A stretch of 32,000 bases of DNA. It comes from Pseudomonas aeruginosa. GTDB taxonomy: Bacteria > Pseudomonadota > Gammaproteobacteria > Pseudomonadales > Pseudomonadaceae. Shown one piece after another: positions 1 through 8,853 of this stretch (within the stretch, counting starts at the first letter, position 1; every line of letters starts with the position of its first letter). The stretch lies in the NCBI RefSeq assembly GCF_001457615.1, contig NZ_LN831024.1:4320001-4352000 (forward strand), read 5' to 3'. The notes beneath the pieces are model-generated. The model did not search any database, was not told where the DNA came from, and saw only the letters and a program-made list of their open reading frames with translations. The position numbers and the translations under genes were made by a program.

Positions 1-89
1 AGTCCAGCCTCGCCTTCCTGCGCAAGACGCCCTGGGCCCGGGAAAAGGTCGAGGCGCTCTACGTCCAGCTCAAGCGCAACCAAGGCTGA
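1..89 (+). CDS. 3' end of an unidentified CDS that runs in from the left edge
   Basis: The frame starting at nt 3 is open and reads ...SSLAFLRKTPWAREKVEALYVQLKRNQG, ending at TGA 87-89. It converges on the next gene with only a 3-nt gap. Too short to assign a family. Confidence 0.4.
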   Translation, partial: SSLAFLRKTPWAREKVEALYVQLKRNQG

Positions 90-92
90 AGG

Positions 93-1241
93 CTAGCGCG
101 CCAACCCCAGGCGCAGCAATTGCCCGTCCTTCTGGTCGGTGAGCAGGTAGAGATAGCCGTCCGGGCCCTGCCGCACGTCGCGGATGCGCACCCCGAGATC
201 GCCCAGCAGGCGCTCTTCGTGGACGATCCGGTCGCCATCCAGTTGCAGGCGGATCAGTTCCTGCGTCGCCAGCGCGCCGATGAACAAATTATGCTGCCAG
301 GCCGGGAAGCGCTGCGCATCGTAGAACGCCATGCCGCTGATCGCCGGCGACTTCTCCCAGACATGGTGCGGCGCCTCGGTACCTTCGACGGCCTTGCCCC
401 TGGCTTCGGGGATCGGCAGCAGGGTGTAGTTGATTCCATGGGTCGCCAGCGGCCAGCCGTAGTTCCCGCCGGCCTGGGGTATGTTGATCTCGTCGCCGCC
501 GCGCGGGCCGTGCTCGTGGGTCCAGAGCCGGCCGGTCCAGGGATTCAGCGCGGCGCCCTGCTGGTTGCGGTGGCCATAGCTCCAGATCTCCGGCCGCGCG
601 TCGGCACGGCCGACGAAGGGATTGTCCTTGGGAACGCCGCCGTCCGGATACAGGCGGACGATCTTGCCCTGCAACTTGTCCAGGTCCTGCGAGGTGCTGC
701 GCTGATTGTTCTCGCCGAGGGCGATGAACAGGTGGCCCTTGCCGTCGAAGACCAGGCGCGAGCCGAAGTGATGGCCGCTGGAAAGCTTCGGCAACTGCCG
801 GAAGATCACGTGGAAGCCCTCCAGCCGTCGCTTGTCCGCCGATAACCGGCCACGTCCCGCCGCCGTTCCGGCGCGGCCGTCCTCGCCGGCCTCGGCATAG
901 GTCAGGTAGACCAGCCGGTCCTCGGCGAACCCCGGCGACAAGGCGACGTCGAGCAGTCCCCCCTGGCCGCTGGCGAAGACCCTGGGTACGCCTTCCAGCG
1001 GCGCCGACAACTGTCCCTCGGGACTGACGAAACGCAAGCTGCCGGGCCGCTCGGTGACCAATATGCCCTGGTTGTCCGGCAGGAAGGCGACGGCCCAGGG
1101 ATAGGCCAGACCGCCAACCACCGGGGTGACCTCGACGGCGCCCAGCTCGCTGTCGTGGCGACCGGCGTCCACCGCCTCGACCGACGGAGCGAGCAGCGCG
1201 ACGGCGCTCAGCAGGATGGCATTCAAAGACAGGCCCGGCAT
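93..1241 (-). CDS. Secreted soluble PQQ-dependent glucose/sorbosone (aldose sugar) dehydrogenase, YliI/Asd-like beta-propeller, 382 aa
   Basis: This is the C-terminal 382 aa of the 819-aa track ORF. ATG at 1241 follows GGAGAG. The N-terminus MPGLSLNAILLSAVALLAPSVEA is a signal peptide. Family-typical strings include GLAYPWAVAFLPD, GGLLDVALSP, HHFGSRLVF, GENNQRS, WSYGHRNQQG, HEHGPRGGDEIN and NYGWP. The upstream 437 aa of the ORF overlap two other genes and are spurious. Confidence 0.85.
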   Translation of the reverse strand: MPGLSLNAILLSAVALLAPSVEAVDAGRHDSELGAVEVTPVVGGLAYPWAVAFLPDNQGILVTERPGSLRFVSPEGQLSAPLEGVPRVFASGQGGLLDVALSPGFAEDRLVYLTYAEAGEDGRAGTAAGRGRLSADKRRLEGFHVIFRQLPKLSSGHHFGSRLVFDGKGHLFIALGENNQRSTSQDLDKLQGKIVRLYPDGGVPKDNPFVGRADARPEIWSYGHRNQQGAALNPWTGRLWTHEHGPRGGDEINIPQAGGNYGWPLATHGINYTLLPIPEARGKAVEGTEAPHHVWEKSPAISGMAFYDAQRFPAWQHNLFIGALATQELIRLQLDGDRIVHEERLLGDLGVRIRDVRQGPDGYLYLLTDQKDGQLLRLGLAR

Positions 1242-1333
1242 GCGTTCTCTCCTTCCCCAAGCGAAAAACACCACTCTAGTCGCAGATCCGCCGCGCCTGG
1301 CGGTCCGCACACGGGCTGTAACAAACCCGCCCC

Positions 1334-1957
1334 TCAAAGCAAGGCGACCATTTCCTTGAGAGTCACCGCCCAGGTGCCCTTGGCATTGATATAGCGATAG
1401 CCGAACCGGGAACCATGCGCCTCGCTGGTGATCACCGCGTTCCAGGCCTGCCCGCGCGGCAGGTCGTGGGCCGGGTCGAGGAGCAGGAAGGCGCGCTCGC
1501 TCATGCCGATGGCCAGGCCCCAGTGGCGGATATCGCTGCCCTTGCGGCCGTGGAAACCGAGCACTACCGGAAAGCCGGCCTCCAGGTATTCGCGGGTGTG
1601 CCGGACCAACCTGCGCCCCTCGCCCTTGAGGGCGAAATGCTCGGTATCGTTGATCTCGGCCAGCAGCTCCAGCAGGTCGACGCCGGTGGTGCCGACGCGC
1701 AGCAGCGGGCCGTGCTGGTCCAGCGCCTTCATCAGGCGCCCGTAGCGACTGCGACTGTCGACCCGCTCCAGGCCCTTGGCCTGGCGCCGGCGCAGTTGGC
1801 CGCGGACCAGCATCGCCATGACCAGGCAGTAGGGCCCGCAGGCGCCGTCCATGTCGCCCTGGCGCAGATGGACCTTGTCGCCATGGACGTTGCACAGGCC
1901 GCCGCTGCCATCCTCGTCCAGGTCCCATTCCAGGCCATCGATCAGGCGTGACTGCAT
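1334..1957 (-). CDS. Hypothetical 207-aa protein with a C39-like (papain-fold) cysteine-peptidase motif arrangement
   Basis: ATG at 1957 is preceded by GGAGAGGAG. The string Q33-GDMDGA-C40-GPYCLVMAML resembles the C39 pattern Q-x(n)-CG-x2-C-L-x-M. H145 (RHWGLAIG) and D161 (LLLDP) follow in the order Gln, Cys, His, Asp. No signal peptide or TM segment is visible. Confidence 0.75.
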   Translation of the reverse strand: MQSRLIDGLEWDLDEDGSGGLCNVHGDKVHLRQGDMDGACGPYCLVMAMLVRGQLRRRQAKGLERVDSRSRYGRLMKALDQHGPLLRVGTTGVDLLELLAEINDTEHFALKGEGRRLVRHTREYLEAGFPVVLGFHGRKGSDIRHWGLAIGMSERAFLLLDPAHDLPRGQAWNAVITSEAHGSRFGYRYINAKGTWAVTLKEMVALL

Positions 1958-2069
1958 GAGGGTCTCCTCTCCGGTTCCTTAAGTTGGGACCGAGCGGGCG
2001 CCGAATCATTCCTCGGCGCCCATCGCCACAACGAGTAAACTGGCGGTCTTTCATTCCAGTAGCCTCGCC

Positions 2070-2780
2070 ATGACCGACCCGATCCGCCTGTCCAAACGCC
2101 TCGCCGAACTCACCGCCTGCTCGCGCCGCGAAGCCGAGCTGTACATCGAGGGCGGCTGGGTCAGCGTCGACGGCGAAGTGATCGAGGAGCCACAGTTCAA
2201 GGTGCTCGACCAGCGCGTGGAGCTGCTGCCGGGCGCCCGCGCGGAAACGATTGAACCGGCCACCCTGCTGTTGCACAAGCCGGCCGGCTGGCGCCACGAC
2301 GATTTCGAAGGCCTGCTCGCTGCGGGGCGGCGCTGGAGCGATGACCCCAGTCCCTTGCGAGCGCTGAAAAAACACTTCGCCCGCCAGCGTCCCACCCTTG
2401 CGCTGGACAGCGAGGCTTCGGGGCTGGTGGTGTTCAGCCAGCAGCACGGCGTACTGCGCAAGCTGGTGGACGACGGTGCACGGCTGGAGCAGGAATACCT
2501 GGTCGAGGTCGCCGGCGACCTGGCCGCCGGCGGCCTCGAGCGCCTGCGCCACGGCCTCGCCTACCAGGGCCGCAGGCTATCGCCGTGCAAGGTCAGTTGG
2601 CAGAACGAAAGCCACCTGCGCTTCGCCCTCAAAGACGTGCTGCCCGGCCAGTTGCGCTTCATGTGCGAAAGCGAGGGGCTGGAAGTGCGGAGCATCCGCC
2701 GCCTGCGCATCGGCGCGCTGTCGCTGGCCAGGCTACCGCTCGGCGAATGGCGCTACCTCGGCCTCCACGAACGCTTCTGA
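2070..2780 (+). CDS. S4-domain RNA pseudouridine synthase-like protein (RsuA/RluB/RluE family), 236 aa
   Basis: The N-terminus IRLSKRLAELTACSRREAELYIEGGWVSVDG looks like an S4 RNA-binding motif. The core LLLHKPAG ... ALDSEASGLVVFS resembles the RLDxxTxGL catalytic-Asp motif. EYLVEV and RLRIG match C-terminal family motifs. Confidence 0.85.
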   Translation: MTDPIRLSKRLAELTACSRREAELYIEGGWVSVDGEVIEEPQFKVLDQRVELLPGARAETIEPATLLLHKPAGWRHDDFEGLLAAGRRWSDDPSPLRALKKHFARQRPTLALDSEASGLVVFSQQHGVLRKLVDDGARLEQEYLVEVAGDLAAGGLERLRHGLAYQGRRLSPCKVSWQNESHLRFALKDVLPGQLRFMCESEGLEVRSIRRLRIGALSLARLPLGEWRYLGLHERF

Positions 2781-2784
2781 GCGC

Positions 2785-3564
2785 TCATTCGAGGCCACGC
2801 AGGGCGCGCCCCGGCGACTGCCCGCAGACCCGCCGGTACATGGCGATGAACGCGCTGTCGCTGGCGTAGCCCAGGGCGTGGGCGACCTCGGTCACCGAGC
2901 GGCCTTCGGCCAGGCGCCTCCGCGCTTCGAACAAGCGCGCCTGGGTTCGCCAGCGGGAGAAACCCAGGCCGGTCTGCTCGGTGAACAGACGCGCCAGGGT
3001 CCGCCCGCTGGCGCCGACCTCACGTCCCCACGCCTCGATGCTCCAGTCCAGCGCGGGTTGCGCCAGCAGCGCCTCGGCCACCTTCAGCGCCCGCGCATCG
3101 CGCGGCATCGGCAGGCTCGCGGCGTGTGCCGGCGCGCTCGCCAGTTCATCGAACAGTGCGCGCAACAGCGTCAGGTGCGGCCCTTCCAATTGCAAGTCGG
3201 CTGCCCAGCCGGTCATGCGCAGGATCAGTTCGCGCATTAGCGGCCCGACTTCGAGGACCTGGACGCTGTCCGGCAGCTCGGCGAACGCCGAGGGTTCGAA
3301 GTACAGGCTACGGTAGGCGAAGCGCCCGTGCAGGACCGTGCGATGCGGCACGCCGGCCGGCAGCCAGGCGGCCTGGAGCGGCGTCAATTGGCAAATGCGC
3401 TCGGCGAAATACAGCGTGACGCTACCGGCCGCCATGTACAGCAACTGCGCGCGCCGGTGGCAATGCCAGTCGCTGCGGTGGCCGGTGCTGTCGACCTCGA
3501 GGCCGACCACCGGGCAGCGGGCGAGATCGGGATCCTCGACCCGTTCGTAGGGATAGCGCGGCAC
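2785..3564 (-). CDS. AraC-family transcriptional regulator (N-terminal cupin, C-terminal AraC HTH), 259 aa
   Basis: GTG start at 3564 follows AGAGGA. The cupin-like stretch is HCHRRAQLLYMAAGSV...LPAGVPH. The C-terminal AraC signature is SGRTLARLFTEQTGLGFSRWRTQARL...VTEVAHALGYASDSAFIAMYRRVCGQSP. It is divergent from the MFS gene. Confidence 0.9.
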   Translation of the reverse strand: MPRYPYERVEDPDLARCPVVGLEVDSTGHRSDWHCHRRAQLLYMAAGSVTLYFAERICQLTPLQAAWLPAGVPHRTVLHGRFAYRSLYFEPSAFAELPDSVQVLEVGPLMRELILRMTGWAADLQLEGPHLTLLRALFDELASAPAHAASLPMPRDARALKVAEALLAQPALDWSIEAWGREVGASGRTLARLFTEQTGLGFSRWRTQARLFEARRRLAEGRSVTEVAHALGYASDSAFIAMYRRVCGQSPGRALRGLE

Positions 3565-3653
3565 CTTGTCCTCTTCGCGATGTTTTCCGTCCTGACCGCA
3601 GCATTCTGCCAGGCGCAGGCGGCCTAGGCTTGGCTCTTTTTTCCGGAGCCATC

Positions 3654-4811
3654 ATGCCTGACCGTCCTCGCCCTCCCCTGCTGCTGGTGCTCGCCCTGCT
3701 AGCCCTGCCGCAAGTCGCCGAAACCATCCTTTCCCCCGCGCTGCCGGCCCTGGCCAGCCACTGGCGACTGGACGACGCTACCAGCCAGTGGACCATGGCG
3801 CTGTTCTTCGTCGGTTTCGCCCCCGGCATCTGGCTCTGGGGCTGGCTGGCCGACCGCCTCGGCCGGCGCCCGGCTCTGCTCGGCGGGCTCGGCCTGGCGG
3901 CCCTGGCGACCTTCGGTGCCTGGGCCAGTACCGACTATTCCTACCTGCTTGCCTGTCGCCTGGTCCAGGGCCTCGGCCTGGCGACCTGCTCGGTGACGGT
4001 GCAGGCCAGCCTGCGCGATGTGCTGCAAGGCCCGGCGTTGATGAGCTATTTCGTCACGCTCGGCGCGGTGCTGGCCTGGTCGCCGGCAGTCGGCCCCCTC
4101 GGCGGCCAGTGGCTGGCCGACCTCGGCGGGCACCCGGCGGTGTTCGCCACCCTGGCGGTGCTGCTCGCCTCGCTGGCGGCGCTGGTCGTCCCGGCCTGGC
4201 CGGAAACCCGTCCGCTGCTGGCGGGCACGCCCGAGCCCGCGACCCTGGCGATCTTCCGACGGGTCCTGGCCGACCGCCCGCTACAAACGCGCGCACTGCT
4301 GGTGGCGGTGCTCAATGTGCTGGTGTTCTCCTTCTACGCCGCCGGGCCGTTCATGGTCGGCGACCTGCCCGGCCTGGGCTTCGGCTGGATTGGCCTGGCC
4401 ATCGCCCTTGCCGGGAGCCTCGGCGCCTTGCTCAACCGACGCCTGCCGCGCACCTGGAACAGCGCTCGCCGGGTACGCCTGGGCCTAGCGCTGGCGGCCG
4501 CCGGCGCGACAGCGCAGACGCTGTTGGCCGCCGTCGGATACGCCGAAGGCCTGTACTGGGCGCTGCCAGCCCTGCCGATCTTCATCGGCTTCGGCGTGGC
4601 GATTCCCAACCTGCTGGGTCCGGCGCTGCACGCCTACGACGATTGCCGGGGACGCGCCGGAGCCCTGTTCGGGCTCGCCTACTACCTGCTGATCGGCCTC
4701 GGACTGGGCGCGTCCACCCTGCTACCGTTCGACCGTCCCTGGCCGCTGGCCGCGTACTGGAGCCTGCTGGGCCTGGTCGCACTGCTGCTGGCCAGGCGGC
4801 TGCCGGAATGA
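3654..4811 (+). CDS. MFS transporter (drug/H+ antiporter-like, multiple predicted TM helices), 385 aa
   Basis: The ORF is hydrophobic throughout. The MFS loop motif GWLADRLGRRPALLGG (G-x3-D-R-x-G-R-R) is present. ATG 3654 with GGAG 5 nt upstream is preferred over the TTG at 3630 used by the track. Confidence 0.85.
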   Translation: MPDRPRPPLLLVLALLALPQVAETILSPALPALASHWRLDDATSQWTMALFFVGFAPGIWLWGWLADRLGRRPALLGGLGLAALATFGAWASTDYSYLLACRLVQGLGLATCSVTVQASLRDVLQGPALMSYFVTLGAVLAWSPAVGPLGGQWLADLGGHPAVFATLAVLLASLAALVVPAWPETRPLLAGTPEPATLAIFRRVLADRPLQTRALLVAVLNVLVFSFYAAGPFMVGDLPGLGFGWIGLAIALAGSLGALLNRRLPRTWNSARRVRLGLALAAAGATAQTLLAAVGYAEGLYWALPALPIFIGFGVAIPNLLGPALHAYDDCRGRAGALFGLAYYLLIGLGLGASTLLPFDRPWPLAAYWSLLGLVALLLARRLPE

Positions 4812-4927
4812 AAGCGGCGCCAGGTACGCCCGTGCAAACCGGACGACCGGCCCGGAAAGCCGGATAGGGCGGCCGTCGCGACGCTGCTATGCTGTGATGG
4901 CACAGCGCCCATGCGGACCCGCAGAAC

Positions 4928-6124
4928 GTGGCCAGAACGACGCTCGAATCGATCCAGCACGCCATCGAGGTGAATTCGTCCCTGGCCCTTCCCATCGCCC
5001 TGGAGAATCTCTCGCGTCTGACCCACCTCGCGCTGCTGACCGTCCCCTTCAACCTGATCCACATCCTGGTGTTTTCCCTCAAGGACTTCCGCCCGGACCT
5101 CGGCCATCAGCTCTGGCGCCAGGAAATCATGTACGCCCATGGCGCCATGGCCCTGCTCTTCGGCGGCATCGGCCTGCTCGCGCTATGGCTGCGCCGCCAG
5201 CCGCCCAAGCTGTGGCGCATGCGCCTGCTGATCCTGCTGGGCGGCGCAGGGATCATAGGCTTCGGCGTCGCCATCGCCTGCATCGACCAGCGCATCACCA
5301 GCAACATCACGCCGCTGCTGCTGGCCTGTTTCGCCTGCGCCATGTTCATCCTGATCCGCCCGGCCTACGCGGTGCCCTTCTACGGTCTGGCGATGCTGGC
5401 CTTCGAGGTGGCGATGGACCACGCCCAGGCCGACCCGCAACTGCGCCTGTCGAACCAGGCCAACGGCCTCACCGCGTTCGGCCTCGGCCTGCTGCTGTCG
5501 CTGATCCTCTGGCACGGCCACGTGCGCAACCTGCGCCAGCAACGCAAGCTGGAGTTGCAGCGGCAGGAGCTGGAGGAGAAGAATCGCCAGTTGGAGTACC
5601 TGGCCGGTCACGACCCGCTGACCGGCCTGTTCAATCGTCGCGAATTCGACCAGCTGGTGCTCATGGAACTCGCACGCATCGCTCGCCAACCGCAGCCGCT
5701 GAGCCTGCTGATGGTCGACCTGGATCACTTCAAGTACATCAACGACCGCTATGGGCACCCCTTCGGCGACGAGGTCATCCGCCATGCCGCCAACCTGCTG
5801 CGCGGCAATACCCGTAGCAGCGACAGCGTGGCGCGCCTGGGCGGGGAAGAATTCCTCCTGCTCCTGCCCGACACCGCCGAGCAGCAGGCTCGCAGCCTTG
5901 CGGAAAAACTCCGCGAACGCCTCGAAGGTACCCCGCTGGCGACGCAGGACGGCGTGCTCTGCCTGACCGCCAGCTTCGGCGTGGCCAGCCTCGACGGAGG
6001 CGGCCAGGCCAGCTACGAGCAGCTCTACAGCGCCGCCGACCAGGCTCTCTACCGGGCCAAGAGCAGCGGTCGCAACCGGGTGGAAGTGATTCGCCTGGCC
6101 AGCCTCGCGGAAAGCCTGCGGTAA
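4928..6124 (+). CDS. Membrane-anchored GGDEF diguanylate cyclase with an intact I-site, 398 aa
   Basis: GTG start. The N-terminal half is hydrophobic and predicted to span the membrane several times. The C-terminal GGDEF domain carries HDPLTGLFNRREF, DLDHFKYINDRYGHPFGD and RLGGEEF. An RSSD (RxxD) I-site lies exactly 5 residues before GGEEF. Confidence 0.9.
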   Translation: MARTTLESIQHAIEVNSSLALPIALENLSRLTHLALLTVPFNLIHILVFSLKDFRPDLGHQLWRQEIMYAHGAMALLFGGIGLLALWLRRQPPKLWRMRLLILLGGAGIIGFGVAIACIDQRITSNITPLLLACFACAMFILIRPAYAVPFYGLAMLAFEVAMDHAQADPQLRLSNQANGLTAFGLGLLLSLILWHGHVRNLRQQRKLELQRQELEEKNRQLEYLAGHDPLTGLFNRREFDQLVLMELARIARQPQPLSLLMVDLDHFKYINDRYGHPFGDEVIRHAANLLRGNTRSSDSVARLGGEEFLLLLPDTAEQQARSLAEKLRERLEGTPLATQDGVLCLTASFGVASLDGGGQASYEQLYSAADQALYRAKSSGRNRVEVIRLASLAESLR

Positions 6125-6322
6125 CAATTGATCGGCCGGCCCTGACGAGCGGTCGGTCAGCCGCCCGAACCTTGGTTAAGATGGTCCGTGGCGCTCTAGC
6201 TCGCCGCTCTTCCTGCCCTTCCGACCTGCCCGACCTCGCCCGGCCCCATGCCGCGGCCTTGCCGTTGGCGTCGTGCGGGAAGACCGGCGCAGCGCCGTTG
6301 TCCGCATTACCAGGGGAGAACC

Positions 6323-7036
6323 ATGCTCAAGCACCTGCTCGTGCTCACCTGTGCCCTGCTCGCCAGCTCCTCGGCCCTGGCCCAGGTGATGGCCCGCGAC
6401 CTGGGCGATTTCGAACTCAAGCTGGCCACCAGTCCGACCCGCAGCATGGCCCAGGGCCTGGTCACCCCGGGCAGCTCCGGCAGTTTCCACGGCGGCCTCG
6501 ACCTAAGCCACGAAAGTGGCTGGTACATCGGCAACTGGACCTCCAACCTCGACCCCGGCAAGCCCACCGAGATCGACTCCTACGCCGGCTTCAAGCGCCC
6601 GCTGAACAACCGCCTGGGCTACGAAATGGGCCTGATCCGCTACAGCCGCCCGGAGCAGCCGGCCAACGACGCAGCCGAACTCTACGGCGGCCTGTCGATC
6701 TTCGGCAGCCGGCTCGGCGCGGCCCTGAGCAGCGACCCGGGGCGCAACGACACCACCCTGTTCGCCGACCTCGGGGTCAACCCGCCGTTCGGTTTCGACG
6801 TCACCCTGAAGTACGGCAACCATCGCCTGGACAACCCGGCGAGCCTCAGCGGCGGGGGCTACGTGAGCGTCTTCAACGACTGGTCGGTGAACCTCTCGCG
6901 GCCCTGGCTGGGCATCGACCTGAACCTGTCCTACAGCGGCACCAGCCTGACCGGCAGCGATTGCAGCGCCTACTCGGGACACAACAGCTACTGCGACACC
7001 ACGTTCATGCTGAAGGCGTCGCGTCCGTTCTTCTGA
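6323..7036 (+). CDS. Secreted outer-membrane beta-barrel protein, probably TorF/Gcw_chp-family putative porin, 237 aa
   Basis: ATG 6323 follows GGGGAG. The signal peptide is MLKHLLVLTCALLASSSALAQV. Alternating beta-strand patterns include SGWYIGNWTSN, EIDSYAGFK and GYEMGLIRYS, and the C-terminus ends aromatic (...ASRPFF). The 25 aa upstream in the track ORF are rejected. Confidence 0.7.
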   Translation: MLKHLLVLTCALLASSSALAQVMARDLGDFELKLATSPTRSMAQGLVTPGSSGSFHGGLDLSHESGWYIGNWTSNLDPGKPTEIDSYAGFKRPLNNRLGYEMGLIRYSRPEQPANDAAELYGGLSIFGSRLGAALSSDPGRNDTTLFADLGVNPPFGFDVTLKYGNHRLDNPASLSGGGYVSVFNDWSVNLSRPWLGIDLNLSYSGTSLTGSDCSAYSGHNSYCDTTFMLKASRPFF

Positions 7037-7040
7037 GTCG

Positions 7041-7484
7041 TCAGTCGTCCTGGCGGCGGGTACGCTGGGCGAGTTCGTCGAGCTGTTTCTGCTCGCGCTT
7101 GTCCTCGGCCTGGCGCGCCTCTTCCAGGTAGCGCTCGACCAGCTTGCGCAGCCCTTCCAGGCGGGCGTATCTCTCCCGCCAGTTGAGCCGCGCCTTGTCC
7201 ACCGCCTCGCGGTGCCAGGTCACGCTGTTGGCCTGCTGGGCGACGGCGGTCTCCAGTTGCGAGAGGAAGCGCTGGTAGTTCATCAGCCACTGGCCACTGA
7301 CGCCCTTCTGGCCCTGGCTGATCCATTGCTGCTGGTAGTCGTTGCGGTAGCGTTCCAGCTCCGCCAGCTTCTGCTGTGCCGCGAGCAATTGCTGCTGGCA
7401 CCTGCCCAGCTGGGTCGCGGCATCCCGCTCGGCCTTGCTGGCCATGTCCACCACCGGCGCCAGCCGCGCCGCGCGCTTCTCCAT
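7041..7484 (-). CDS. fliJ: Flagellar export apparatus protein FliJ, 147 aa
   Basis: Coiled-coil protein rich in Q, R and E. It is the last gene after fliI, and its size and position match fliJ. Confidence 0.9.
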   Translation of the reverse strand: MEKRAARLAPVVDMASKAERDAATQLGRCQQQLLAAQQKLAELERYRNDYQQQWISQGQKGVSGQWLMNYQRFLSQLETAVAQQANSVTWHREAVDKARLNWRERYARLEGLRKLVERYLEEARQAEDKREQKQLDELAQRTRRQDD

Positions 7485-7497
7485 GCCTCAGGGCGCC

Positions 7498-8853
7498 TCA
7501 GGCCTGCCCGCCGGCGAGCAGGCTCGCCAGCCGCGCACGGCTTTCCGCCAGGCTTTCGCTTTCGTCGAGGCCCTGGCGCAGGAACTGGCGCATGACCGGG
7601 AAGCGCGCGATGGCCAGGTCGGTCTCGGGATCGCCGCCGGCCACGTAGGCACCGACGCTGATCAGGTCGCGACTCTGCTGGTAGCGCGACCAGAGCTGCT
7701 TGAAGCGCTGGGCGTCGCGCAGGTGCTCGGCCTCGACCACCTGCGGCATCACCCGGCTGATCGAAGCTTCGATATCGATGGCCGGATAGTGGCCTTCCTC
7801 GGCCAGCCGCCGGGACAATACGAAGTGCCCGTCGAGCACGCCGCGAGCGGCGTCGGCGATCGGGTCCTGCTGGTCGTCGCCCTCGGAGAGCACGGTGTAG
7901 AACGCGGTGATCGAGCCGCCACCGGCTTCGGCATTGCCGGCGCGTTCCACCAGCTTCGGCAGCTTGGCGAACACCGATGGCGGATACCCCTTGGTCGCCG
8001 GCGGCTCGCCGATGGCCAGGGCGATCTCGCGCTGGGCCTGGGCGTAGCGGGTCAGCGAGTCCATCAGCAGCAATACGTTCTTGCCCTTGTCGCGGAAGTA
8101 CTCGGCGATCCGCGTGCAGTATTGCGCGGCGCGCAGGCGCATCAGCGGCGCGTCATCGGCCGGCGAGGCGACCACCACGGAGCGCTTGAGGCCTTCCTCG
8201 CCGAGGATCTCGTCGATGAACTCCTTCACCTCGCGGCCCCGCTCGCCGATCAGACCGACGACGATGATGTCGGCCCTGGTGAAGCGGGTCATCATCCCCA
8301 GCAGCACCGACTTGCCCACCCCGGTACCGGCGAACAGGCCGAGGCGCTGGCCGCGGCCGACCGTGAGCAGGCCATTGATCGAGCGGATGCCGACGTCGAG
8401 AGGTTCGCTGATCGGGTGGCGCTTGAGCGGGTTGATCGTCGGGCCGTCCATCGGCACCCAGTCTTCGGCGCGCATCCCGCCCTTGCCGTCGAGGGCGCGG
8501 CCGGCGCCGTCGAGCACCCGGCCGAGCATCGACATGCCCATCGGCAGGCGCCCGGTGTCCGGCAGCGGCACGACCCGCGCGCCAGGCGCGATGCCGGCGA
8601 GGCTGCCGACCGGCATCAGGTACACCTTGCTACCGGAAAAGCCCATCACTTCGGCCTCCACCTGCACCGGGTGGTAGCCGCTTTCGTTGATCACGTTGCA
8701 GCGGCTGCCGACCGCAGCCTGCAAGCCTTCGGCTTCGAGGGTCAGGCCGACCATGCGCAGCAGGCGGCCCTCGACCACCGGCTGCGTCGGCAGCGAGACA
8801 GCCTCGGTGTAGCCCTCCAGGCGCCTGGCGAAACTGGTTCGCTCAAGGCGCAT
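7498..8853 (-). CDS. fliI: Flagellum-specific type III export ATPase FliI, 451 aa
   Basis: Walker A GTGVGKS and Walker [10 protein letters not shown] are present, within an F1/T3SS-ATPase-like core. Confidence 0.97.
   Translation of the reverse strand: MRLERTSFARRLEGYTEAVSLPTQPVVEGRLLRMVGLTLEAEGLQAAVGSRCNVINESGYHPVQVEAEVMGFSGSKVYLMPVGSLAGIAPGARVVPLPDTGRLPMGMSMLGRVLDGAGRALDGKGGMRAEDWVPMDGPTINPLKRHPISEPLDVGIRSINGLLTVGRGQRLGLFAGTGVGKSVLLGMMTRFTRADIIVVGLIGERGREVKEFIDEILGEEGLKRSVVVASPADDAPLMRLRAAQYCTRIAEYFRDKGKNVLLLMDSLTRYAQAQREIALAIGEPPATKGYPPSVFAKLPKLVERAGNAEAGGGSITAFYTVLSEGDDQQDPIADAARGVLDGHFVLSRRLAEEGHYPAIDIEASISRVMPQVVEAEHLRDAQRFKQLWSRYQQSRDLISVGAYVAGGDPETDLAIARFPVMRQFLRQGLDESESLAESRARLASLLAGGQA

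Noticed and set aside
93-2552. An 819-aa minus-strand ORF spanning three gene positions
   Set aside because: Only the last 382 codons (from ATG 1241, with an RBS and signal peptide) look like a real protein. The upstream part is Arg/Pro/Gly-rich low-complexity read-through. It overlaps the well-supported genes at 1334-1957 and 2070-2780 in other frames.
6125-6322. A 200-nt untranslated gap upstream of the TorF-like gene, considered as a possible riboswitch or sRNA
   Set aside because: I could find no recognisable conserved riboswitch core, strong hairpin series or promoter-terminator pair. It is left unannotated.
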